Origin: Eledone cirrhosa
Lineage: Eukaryota
Direction of reading: 5' to 3'
Assembly: GCA_964016885.1 (NCBI GenBank)
Contig: OZ024742.1
Coordinates: 7,440,001-7,504,000, forward strand
Length of the DNA stretch: 64,000 nucleotides
The translations under genes and the position numbers were made by a program. Below, one piece after another: positions 1 through 12,600 of this stretch; position 1 is the first letter of the stretch; each line of letters starts with the position of its first letter. A model generated the notes under the pieces. That model was not told the origin of the DNA. It searched no databases and saw nothing but the letters and a program-made list of their open reading frames with translations.

Positions 1-3000
1 TGACTTTCTCTGTAACTGTCACAGTTTCTACGACTTTCTCTGTAACTGTCATAGTTTCTACGACTTTCTCTGTAACTGTCATAGTTTCTACGACTTTCTC
101 TGAAACTGTCATAGTTTCTACGACTTTCTCTGAAACTGTCATAGTTTCTACGACTTTCTCTGTAACTGTCATAGTTTCTATGACTTTCTCTGTAACTGTC
201 ATAGTTTCTACGACTTTCTCTGAAACTGTCATAGTTTCTACGACTTTCTCTGTAACTGTCATAGTTTCTACGACTTTCTCTGTAACTGTCATAGTTTCTA
301 CGACATTTTCTGTAACTGTCATAGTTTCTACGACTTTCCCTATAACAGTCATAGTTTCTACGACTTTCTCTGTAACTGTCATAGTTTCGACGACTTTCCC
401 CATAACAGTCATAGTTTCTACGACTTTCTCTGTAACTGTCATAGTTTCTATGACATTCTCTATAACTGTCATAGTTTCTACGACTTTCTCTGTAACTGTC
501 ATAGTTTCTATGACTTTCTCTATAACTGTCATAGTTTCTACGACTTTCTCTGTAACTGTCATAGTTTCTACAACTTTCTCTGTAAGTGTCATAGTTTCTA
601 CGACATTCTCAGTAACTGTCATAGTTTCTACGACTTTCCCTATAACAGTCATAGTTTCTACGACTTTCTCTGTAACTGTCATAGCGTCTATGACTTTCTC
701 TGTAACTGTCATAGTTTCTACGACTTTCTCTGTAACTGTCATAGTTTCTATGACTTTCTCTGTAACTGTCATAATTTCTACGACTTTCTCTGTAACTGTC
801 ATAGTTTCTACGACTTTCTCTGTAACTTTCATAGTTTCTATGACTTTCTCTATAACTGTCATAGTTTCTACGACTTTCTCTGTAACTGTCATAGTTTCTA
901 TGATTTTCTCTGTAACTGTCATAGTTTCTACGACATTCTCTATAACTGTCATAGTTTCTATGAATTTCTCTGTAACTGTCAGAGTGTCTACGACTTTCTC
1001 TGTAACTGTCATAGTTTCTACGACTTTCTCTGTAACTGTCATAGTTTCTATGATTTTCTCTGTAACTGTCATAGTTTCTACGACATTCTCTATAACTGTC
1101 ATAGTTTCTACGACTTTCTCTGTAACTGTCATAGTTTCTATGACTTTCTCCATAACTGTCATAGTTTCTACGACTTTCTCTGTAAATGTCATAGTTTCTA
1201 CGACATTCTCTATAATTGTCATAGTTTCTACGACTTTCTCTGTAATTGTCATAGTTTCTACGACATTCTCTGTAACTGTCATAGTTTCTGTGACTTTCTC
1301 TGTAACTGTCATAGTTTCTATGACTTTCTCTATAACTGTCATAGTTTCTATGACTTTCTCTGTACCTATCATAGTTTCTAAGACTTTCTCTGTAACTGTC
1401 ATAGTTTCTACGACTTTCTCTGTAACTGTCATAGTTTCTACGACATTCTCTATAATTGTCATAGTTTCTACGACTTTCTCTGTAACTGTCATAGTTTCTA
1501 CGACATTCTCTGTAACTGTCATAGTTTCTACGACATTCTCTGTAACTGTCATAGTTTCTACGACTTTCTCTGTAACTGTCATAGTTTCTACGACTTTCTC
1601 TGTAACTGTCATAGTTTCTATGACTTTCTCTGTAACTGTCACAGTTTCTACGACATTCTCTGTAACTGTCATAGTCTCTATGACTTTCTGTGCAACTGTC
1701 ATAGTTTCTACGACTTTCCCTATAACTGTCATAGTTTCTCCGACTTTCTCTCTAACTGTCATAGTTTCTACGACAATCTCTGTAACTGTCAGAGTGTCTA
1801 CGACTTTCTCTGTAACTGTCATATTTTCTACGACTTTCTCTGTAACTGTCAGAGTGTCTACGACTTTCTCTGTAACTGTCATAGTTTCTACGACATTTTC
1901 TGTAACTGTCATAGTTTCTACGACTTTCCCTATAACTGTCATAGTTTCTACGACTTTCTCTCTAACTGTCATAGTTTCTACGACAATCTCTGTAACTGTC
2001 AGAGTGTCTACGACTTTCTCTGTAACTGTCATATTTTCTACGACTTTCTCTGTAACTGTCAGAGTGTCTACGACTTTCTCTGTAACTGTCAAAGTTTCTA
2101 CGACATTTTCTGTAACTGTCATAGTTTCTACGACTTTCTCTGTAACTGTCATAGTTTCTACGACATTTTCTGTAACTGTCATAGTTTCTACGACTTTCCC
2201 TATAACAGTCATAGTTTCTACGACTTTCTCTGTAACTGTCATAGTTTCTATGACTTTCTCTGTAACTGTCATAGTTTCTACGACTTTCTCTGTAACTGTC
2301 ATAGTTTCTATGACTTTCTCTGTAACTGTCATAGTTTCTACGACTTTCTCTGTAACTGTCATAGTTTCTACGACTTTCTCTGTAACTGTCATAGTTTCTA
2401 CGACTTTCTCTGTAACTGTCATAGTTTCTACGACTTTCTCTGTAACTGTCATAGTTTCTACGACTTTCTCTGTAACTGTCATAGTTTCTACGACTTTCTC
2501 TGTAACTGTCATAGTTTCTACGACTTTCTCTGTAACTGTCATAGTTTCTACGACTTTCTCTGTAACTGTCATAGTTTCTACGACTTTCTCTGTAACTGTC
2601 ATAGTTTCTACGACTTTCTCTGAAACTGTCATAGTTTCTACGACTTTCTCTGTAACTGTCATAGTTTCTACGACTTTCTCTGTAACTGTCATAGTTTCTA
2701 TGATTTTCCCTGTAACTGTCATAGTTTCTACGACATTCTCTATAACTGTCATAGTTTCTACGAATTTCTCTGTAACTGTCATAGTTTCTACGACTTTCTC
2801 TGTAACTGTGATAGTTTCTACGACTTTCTCTGTAACTGTCATAGTTTCTATGATTTTCTCTGTAACTGTCATAGTTTCTACGACACTCTCTATAACTGTC
2901 ATAGTTTCTACGACTTTCTCTGTAACTGTCATAGTTTCTATGACTTTCTCTATAACTGTCATAGTTTCTACGACTTTCTCTGTAACTGTCATAGTTTCTA

Positions 3001-6000
3001 CGACATTCTCTATAATTGTCATAGTTTCTACGACTTTCTCTGTAACTGTCATAGTTTCTACGACATTCTCTGTAACTGTCATAGTTTCTACGACATTCTC
3101 TGTAACTGTCATAGTTTCTACGACTTTCTCTGTAACTGTCATAGTTTCTATGATTTTTCTGTAACTGTCATAGTTTCTATGACTTTCTCTATAACTGTCA
3201 TAGTTTCTATGACTTTCTCTGTACCTATCATAGTTTCTACTACTTTCTCTGTAACTGTCATAGTTTCTACGACTTTCTCTGTAACTGTCATTGTTTCTAC
3301 GACTTTCTCTGTAACTGTCATAGTTTTTATGACTTTCCCTATAACTGTCATAGTTTCTACGACATTCTCTGTAACTGTCATAGTTTCTACGACATTCTCT
3401 GTAACTGTCATAGTTTCTACAACTTTCTCTGTAACTGTCATAGTTTCTAAGACTTTCCCTATAACTGTCATAGTTTCTACGACATTCTCAGTAACTGTCA
3501 TAGTTTCTATGACTTTCTCTATAACTGTCATAGTTTCTACGACTTTCTCTGTAACTGTCATAGTTTCTATGACTTTCTCTGTAACTGTCATAGTTTCTAC
3601 GACTTTCTCTGTAACTGTCATAGTTTCTACGACTTTCTCTGTAACTGTTATAATAGTTTCTATGACTTTCTCTGTAACTGTCATAGTTTCTACGACTTTC
3701 TCCGTAACTGTCATATTTTCTACGACTTTCTCTGTAACTGTCATAGTTTCTACGACTTTCTCCGTAACTGTCATATTTTCTACGACTTTCTCTATAACTG
3801 TCATAGTTTCTACGACTTTCTCTGTAACTGTCATAGTTTCTACGGCTTTCTCTGTAACTGTCATAGTTTCTATGATTTTCTCTGTAACTCTCATAGTTTC
3901 TACGACTTTCTCTGTAACTGTCATAGTTTCTATGACTTTCTCTGTAACTGTCATAGTTTCTACGACTTTCTCTGTAACTGTCATAGTTTCTACGACTTTC
4001 TCTATAACTGTCATAGTTTCTACGACTTTCTCTGTAACTGTCATAGTTTCTATGACTTTCTCTGTAACTTTCATAGTTTCTACAACTTTCTCTGTAACTC
4101 TCATAGTTTCTACGACTTTCTCTGTAACTGTCATAGTTTCTATGATTTTCTCTGTAACTGTCATAGTTTCTATGACTTTCTCTGTAACTGTCACAGTTTC
4201 TACGACTTTCTCTGTAACTGTCATAGTTTCTACGACTTTCTCTGTAACTGTCATAGTTTCTACGACTTTCTCTGAAACTGTCATAGTTTCTACGACTTTC
4301 TCTGTAACTGTCATAGTTTCTACGACTTTCTCTGTAACTGTCATAGTTTCTACGACATTTTCTGTAACTGTCATAGTTTCTACGACTTTCCCTATAAATG
4401 TCATAGTTTCTACGACTTTCTCGGTAACTGTCATAGTTTCGACGACTTTCTCTGTAACTGTCATAGTTTCGACGACTTTCTCTATAACTGTCATAGTTTC
4501 TACGACTTTCTCTGTAACTGTCATAGTTTCTATGACTTTCTCTATAACTGTCATAGTTTCTACGACTTTCTCTGTAACTGTCATAGTTTCTACAACTTTC
4601 TCTGTAAGTGTCATAGTTTCTACGACATTCTCAGTAACTGTCATAGTTTCTACGACTTTCCCTATAACAGTCATAGTTTCTACGACTTTCTCTGTAACTG
4701 TCATAGCGTCTATGACTTTCTCTGTAACTGTCATAGTTTCTACGACTTTCTCTGTAACTGTCATAGTTTCTATGACTTTCTCTGTAACTGTCATAATTTC
4801 TACGACTTTCTCTGTAACTGTCATAGTTTCTACGACTTTCTCTGAAACTGTCATAGTTTCTACGACTTTCTCTGTAACTTTCATAGTTTCTATGACTTTC
4901 TCTATAACTGTCATAGTTTCTACGACTTTCTCTGTAACTGTCATAGTTTCTATGATTTTCTCTGTAACTGTCATAGTTTCTACGACATTCTCTATAACTG
5001 TCATAGTTTCTACGACTTTCTCTGTAACTGTCATAGTTTCTATGACTTTCTCCATAACTGTCATAGTTTCTACGACATTCTCTGTAACTGTCATAGTTTC
5101 TACGACATTCTCTATAATTGTCATAGTTTCTACGACTTTCTCTGTAATTGTCATAGTTTCTACGACATTCTCTGTAACTGTCATAGTTTCTACGACATTC
5201 TCTGTAACTGTCATAGTTTCTGTGACTTTCTCTGTAACTGTCATAGTTTCTACGACTTTTTCTGTAATTGTCATAGTTTCTACGACATTCTCTGTAACTG
5301 TCATAGTTTCTACAACTTTCTCTGTAACTGTCATAGTTTCTGTGACTTTCTCTGTAACTGTCATAGTTTCTATGACTTTCTCTATAACTGTCATAGTTTC
5401 TATGACTTTCTCTGTACCTATCATAGTTTCTACGACTTTCTCTGTAACTGTCATAGTTTCTACGACTTTCTCTGTAACTGTCATAGTTTCTACGACTTTC
5501 TCTGTAACTGTCATAGTTTCTACGACGTTCCCTATAACTGTCATAGTTTCTACGACTTTCTCTGTAACTGTCATAGTTTCTACGACATTCTCTATAATTG
5601 TCATAGTTTCTACGACTTTCTCTGTAACTGTCATAGTTTCTACGACATTCTCTGTAACTGTCATAGTTTCTACGACATTCTCTGTAACTGTCATAGTTTC
5701 TACGACTTTCTCTGTAACTGTCATAGTTTCTACGACTTTCTCTGTAACTGTCATAGTTTCTATGACTTTCTCTGTAACTGTCACAGTTTCTACGACATTC
5801 TCTGTAACTGTCATAGTCTCTATGACTTTCTGTGCAACTGTCATAGTTTCTACGACTTTCCCTATAACTGTCATAGTTTCTCCGACTTTCTCTCTAACTG
5901 TCATAGTTTCTACGACAATCTCTGTTACTGTCAGAGTGTCTACGACTTTCTCTGTAACTGTCATATTTTCTACGACTTTCTCTGTAACTGTCAGAGTGTC

Positions 6001-8540
6001 TACGACTTTCTCTGTAACTGTCATAGTTTCTACGACATTTTCTGTAACTGTCATAGTTTCTACGACTTTCCCTATAACTGTCATAGTTTCTACGACTTTC
6101 TCTCTAACTGTCATAGTTTCTACGACAATCTCTGTAACTGTCAGAGTGTCTACGACTTTCTCTGTAACTGTCATATTTTCTACGACTTTCTCTGTAACTG
6201 TCAGAGTGTCTACGACTTTCTCTGTAACTGTCAAAGTTTCTACGACATTTTCTGTAACTGTCATAGTTTCTACGACTTTCTCTGTAACTGTCATAGTTTC
6301 TACGACATTTTCTGTAACTGTCATAGTTTCTACGACTTTCCCTATAACAGTCATAGTTTCTACGACTTTCTCTGTAACTGTCATAGTTTCTATGACTTTC
6401 TCTGTAACTGTCATAGTTTCTACGACTTTCTCTGTAACTGTCATAGTTTCTATGACTTTCTCTGTAACTGTCATAGTTTCTACGACTTTCTCTGTAACTG
6501 TCATAGTTTCTACGACTTTCTCTGAAACTGTCATAGTTTCTACGACTTTCTCTGTAACTGTCATAGTTTCTACGACTTTCTCTGTAACTGTCATAGTTTC
6601 TATGATTTTCCCTGTAACTGTCATAGTTTCTACGACATTCTCTATAACTGTCATAGTTTCTACGAATTTCTCTGTAACTGTCATAGTTTCTACGACTTTC
6701 TCTGTAACTGTGATAGTTTCTACGACTTTCTCTGTAACTGTCATAGTTTCTATGATTTTCTCTGTAACTGTCATAGTTTCTACGACACTCTCTATAACTG
6801 TCATAGTTTCTACGACTTTCTCTGTAACTGTCATAGTTTCTATGACTTTCTCTATAACTGTCATAGTTTCTACGACTTTCTCTGTAACTGTGATAGTTTC
6901 TACGACTTTCTCTGTAACTGTCATAGTTTCTATGATTTTTCTGTAACTGTCATAGTTTCTACGACATTCTCTATAATTGTCATAGTTTCTACGACATTCT
7001 CTGTAACTGTCATAGTTTCTACTACTTTCTCTGTAACTGTCATAGTTTCTACGACTTTCTCTGTAACTGTCATTGTTTCTACGACTTTCTCTGTAACTGT
7101 CATAGTTTTTATGACTTTCCCTATAACTGTCATAGTTTCTACGACATTCTCTGTAACTGTCATAGTTTCTACGACATTCTCTGTAACTGTCATAGTTTCT
7201 ACAACTTTCTCTGTAACTGTCATAGTTTCTAAGACTTTCCCTATAACTGTCATAGTTTCTACGACATTCTCAGTAACTGTCATAGTTTCTATGACTTTCT
7301 CTATAACTGTCATAGTTTCTACGACTTTCTCTGTAACTGTCATAGTTTCTATGACTTTCTCTGTAACTGTCATAGTTTCTACGACTTTCTCTGTAACTGT
7401 CATAGTTTCTACGACTTTCTCTGTAACTGTTATAATAGTTTCTATGACTTTCGCTGTAACTGTCATAGTTTCTACGACTTTCTCCGTAACTGTCATATTT
7501 TCTACGACTTTCTCTGTAACTGTCATAGTTTCTACGACTTTCTCCGTAACTGTCATATTTTCTACGACTTTCTCTATAACTGTCATAGTTTCTACGACTT
7601 TCTCTGTAACTGTCATAGTTTCTATGACTTTCTCTGTAACTGTCATAGTTTCTATGACTTTCTCTGTAACTGTCATAGTTTCTACGACTTTCTCTGTAAC
7701 TGTCATAGTTTCTACGACTTTCTCTGTAACTGTCATAGTTTCTATGACTTTCTCTGTAGCTGTCATAGTTTCTACGACATTCTCTGTAACTGTCATAGTT
7801 TCTACGACTTTCTCTGTAACTCTCATAGTTTCTACGACTTTCTCTGTAACTGTCATAGTTTCTATGACTTTCTCTGTAACTGTCATAGTTTCTACGACTT
7901 TCTCTGTAACTGTCATAGTTTCTATGACTTTCTCTATAACTGTCATAGTTTCTATGACTTTCTCTGTAGCTGTCATAGTTTCTACGACATTCTCTGTAAC
8001 TGTCATAGTTTCTACGACTTTCTCTGTAACTGTCATAGTTTCTACGACTTTCTCTGTAACTGTCATAGTTTCTATGACTTTCTCTGTAACTGTCACCTTT
8101 TCTACGACGTTCTCTGTAACTGTGATAGTTTCTATGACTTTCTCTGTAACTGCCATAGTTTCTACGACTTTCTCTGTAACTGTCATAGTTTCTACGACTT
8201 TCTCTATAACTGTCATTTTATCTATGACTTTCTCTCTAACTGTCATAGTTTCTACGACTTTCTCTGTAACTGTCATAGTTTCTACGACTTTCTCTATAAC
8301 TGTCATAGTTTCTACGACATTCTCTGTAACTGTCATAGTTTCTATGACTTTCTCTATAACTGTCATAGTTTCTACGACTTTTTCTGTAACTGTCATAGTT
8401 TCTATGACTTTCTCTATAACTGTCATAGTTTCTATGACTTTCTCTGTAACTGTCATAGTTTCTACGACTTTTTCTATAACTGTCATAGTTTCTATGACTT
8501 TCTCTATAACTGTCATAATTTCTACGACTTTCTCTATAAA
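1..8540. repeat. 30-bp minisatellite array, consensus CGACTTTCTCTGTAACTGTCATAGTTTCTA, ~285 copies visible (runs off the left edge)
   Basis: Exact 30-bp periodicity. The phase shifts only at 1-bp deletions (~3157, ~6939) and 3-bp insertions (~3650, ~7432). Confidence 0.98.
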
Positions 8541-8906
8541 TCCTAGTTACTATGACCTCCCTTCCACATTGGTTTATAACCGAGGTAAAACCAGAATGTC
8601 AGGCCTATCCTTAAACACATTCCAAACATCTTTTCGTCGTTTATTCAGATAATATACAACTAAAGCTACATCATTCTTTATCCCCTCCCTTACTTTTATT
8701 ACTTTGTATTGATGCTCTTTTAAATATTAAACCCATTGTATAACATTTGTGAAATAAACTACATAATGTAATGAGACATCCATTTTGTTAGTCTTTTGTA
8801 GAGAGTGGAGTGTAACTTTAGTAGGAATTAGCTGCTACCCCTAACGTCGAAATATTTGCGTCATTTAGTTGTCGTTCTTGGTTAGGTTTTTATTTTTATC
8901 ATTATA

Positions 8907-8907
8907 G

Positions 8908-8948
<41 letters not shown>

Positions 8949-9046
8949 GCTTTTGTTGTAGTTGTAGTTGTTCTTGTTACTGTTGTTGTTATTGTTGCTG
9001 CTGTTGTTGTTGTTGCTGTTGATGTTGTTGTTGTTGCCTTTGTTAC

Positions 9047-9077
<31 letters not shown>

Positions 9078-9672
9078 GCTAATATTGTTGTTGCTGTTGT
9101 TGTTGTTGTTGTTGTTGTCTGTGTTAATCTTCTTGTTGTTGTTGCTGTTGTTGTCGTTTTTACTGTTGTTGTTGTTGTTGCTGTTGCTGGTGTTGTTTTT
9201 GTCGTCGTCGTTGTATTTTTATTGTTGTTACTGTTGTTGTTGCTGTTGTTGTTACTGTTGTTGTTGCTGTTGTTGTTACTGTTGTTGTTGCTGTTGTTGT
9301 TGTTGTAGTTGTTGTTGCTGTTGTTTTTGTCGTTATTGGTGTTGTTGTTGTTATTGTTGTTGTTGCTGTTGTTGTTGTTACTGTTGTTGTTGCTGTTGTT
9401 GTTGAAGCTTATGCTGTTGTTGTTGTTGTAGTAGTTGTTGCTGTTGCTGTTGAAGCTTATGCTGTTGTTGTTGTAGTTGTTGTTGCTGTTGTTCTGGTAC
9501 TTGTTGTTGATGCTGTTGTTGTTGATGATGCTGTTGTTGTTGTTGTTATTGCTGTTGTTGTTGTCGTTGTTTTTGTTGCTGCTGCTGTTGTTGTTACTGT
9601 TGTTGTTGTTGTTGTTGTTGTTGTTGCTATTGTTGTTGTTGTTGTTGTTGTTGCTTCTTCTTCTTCTTTTTC
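8907..9672. repeat. Imperfect (GTT)n/(GCT)n trinucleotide microsatellite
   Basis: Continuous GTT runs with GCT/GTC/ATT variants, ending in (CTT)n. Confidence 0.95.
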
Positions 9673-9681
9673 TTCTGTATG

Positions 9682-12600
9682 TGTATGTGATATTATTGGT
9701 GGTGTCTTGACTCTATAACAGTATGCGATATTTTTGGTGGTGGTGTCTTTACTCTATAACTCTATGTGATATTATTGGTGGTGTCTTCACTCTATAACTG
9801 TATGCGATATTATTGGTTGTGTCTTTACTCTATTACTGTATGTGATATTATTGGCGGTGGTGTCTTTACTCTATAACTGTATATGATATCATTGGTGGTG
9901 GTGTCTTTACTCTATAACAGTATGTGATATTATTGGTGGAGTCTTTACTCTATAACTGTATGTGATACTTTTGGTGGAGTCTTTACTCTATAACTGTATG
10001 TGATATTATTTGTGGTGGTGTCTTTACTCTATAACTGTATGTGATATTATTGGTGGTGGTGTCTTTACTCTATAACTGTATGTTATATTATTGGTGGTGG
10101 TGTCTTTACTCTATAACTGTATGCGATATTATTGGTGATGGTGTCTTTACTCTATAACTGTATGTGATATTATTGGTGGTGGTGTCTTTACTCTATAACT
10201 GTATGTGATAATATTGGTGGTGGTGTCTTTACTCTATAACTGTATGTTATATTGTTGGTGGTGGTGTCTTTACTCTATAACTGTATGCGATATTATTGGT
10301 GATGGTGTCTTTACTCTATAACTGTATGTGATATTATTGGTGGTGGTGTCTTTACTCTATAACTGTATGTGATATTATTGGTGGTGGTGTCTTTACTCTA
10401 TAACTGTATGTGATATTATTAGTGGTGTCTTTACTCTATAACTGTATGTGATATTATTGGTGATGGTGTCTTTACTCTATAACTGTATGTGATATTATTG
10501 GTGGTGTCTTTATTCTATAACAGTATGTGATATTATTGGTAGTGGTGTCGTTACTCTATAACTGTATGTGATAATATTGGTGGTGGTGTCTTTACTCTAT
10601 AACTCTATGTGATATTATTGGTGGTGGTGTCTCTACTCTATAACTCTATGTGATATTATTGGTGGTGGTGTCTTTACTCTATAACTGTATGTGATACTAT
10701 TACTGGTGGTGTCTTTACTCTATAACTGTATGTGATATTATTGGTGGGGTCTTTACTCTATAACTGTATGTATATTATTGTTAGTGGTCGCTTTACTCTA
10801 TAACTGTATGTGATATTATTGGTGGTGTCTTTACTCTATAACTGTATGTGATATTATTGGTGGTGGTGTCTTTACTCTATACCTGTATGTGATATTATTG
10901 GTGGGGTTGTCACTCTATAACTGTATGTGATATTATTGGTGGGGTCTTTACACTATAACTGTATGTGATATTATTGGTGGTGGTGTCTTTACTCTATAAC
11001 TGTATGTGATATTATTGGTGGTGGTGTCTTTACTCTATAACTGTATGTGATATTATTGGTGGTGTATTTACTCTATAACTGTATGCAGTATTATTGGTGG
11101 TGTATTTACTCTATAACAGTATGTGATATTATTAGTGGTGTCTTTACGCTATAACTGTATATGATATTATTGATGGTGGTGTCTTTACTCTATAACTGTA
11201 TGTGATATTATTCGTGGAGTCTTTACTCTATAATTGTATCTGATATTATTGGTGGTGTCTTTACTCTATAATTGCATGTGATATTATTGGTGGTGCTGTC
11301 TTTAATCTATAACTGTATGTGATATTATTCCTGGTGGTGTCTTTACTCTATAACTGTATGTGATATTATTGGTGTTGGTGTCTTTACTCTATAATTGTAT
11401 GTGATATTATTTGTGGTGTCTTTACTCTATAACTGTATGTTCATATTATTGGTCATGGTGTCTTTACTCTATAACTGTATGTGATATTATTGGTGTTGGT
11501 GTCTTTACTCTATAACTGTATGTGATATTATTGGTGGGGTCTTTACTCTATAACAGTATGTGATATTATTGCTGGTGGTGTCTTTACTCTATAACTGTAT
11601 GTGATATTAATGGTGGCAGTGTCTTTATTCTATAACTGTATGTGATATTATTGGTGGGGTCTTTATTCTATAACTGTATGTGATATTATTGGAGGTGGTG
11701 TCGTTACTCTATAACTGTATGTGATACTATTGCTGGTGGTGTCTTTACTCTATTACTGTATGTGATAATATTGGTGGTGGTGTCTTTACTCTATAACTGT
11801 ATGTGATATTATTGGTGGTGGTGTCTTTACTCTATAACTGTATGTGATATTATTGGTGGTGGTGTCTTTACTCTATAACTGTATGTGATACTATTATTGG
11901 TGGTGTCTTTACTCTATAACTGTATGTGATATTTTTGGTGGGGTCTTTACTCTATAACTGTATGTGATATTATTGGTGGTGTCTTCACTCTATAACTGCA
12001 TGTGATATTATTGGTGGTGTCTTTACTCTATATCTGTATTTTATATTATTTGTGGTGGTGCCTTTATTCTATAACTGTATGTGATATTATTGGAGGTGTC
12101 TTTACTCTATAACTGTATGTGATATTATTGGTGGGGTCTTTATTCTATAACTGTATTTGATATTATTGGAGGTGGTGTCTTTACTCTATAACTGTATGTG
12201 ATATTATTGGTGGTGGTGTCTTTACTCTATAACTGTATGTGATATTATTGGTGGTGGTGTCTTTACTCTATAACTGTATGTAATATTATTGGTGGTGGTG
12301 TCTTTACTCTATAACTGTATGTAATATTATTGGTGGCAGTGTCTTTATTCTATAATTGTATGTGATATTATTGGTAGTGTCTTTATTTTATAACTGAATG
12401 TGATATTATTGGTGGTGTCGTTACTCTATAACAGTATGTGATATTATTGGTGGTGTTCTCTTTACTCTATAACTGTATGTGATATTATTGGTGGTGTTCT
12501 CTTTACTCTATAACTGTATGTGATATTATTGGTGGCCGTGTCATTACTCTATAACTGTATGCGATTTTATTGGTGTTGGTGTCTTTACTATATAAGTGTA

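Noticed and set aside
180-8652. 500-1258 aa ORFs on both strands (STTFSVTVIV / MTVTEKVVET repeats) as a mucin-like or structural protein gene
   Set aside because: The 30-bp monomer is stop-free in these frames on both strands. There is no unique domain or signal peptide, and 1-bp frameshifts were propagated by duplication.
8968-9710. Poly-Leu/poly-Cys ORFs (also poly-Thr/Val/Asn at 44925-47079 and Lys/Glu/Arg-rich at 54703-54942)
   Set aside because: These are microsatellite translations.
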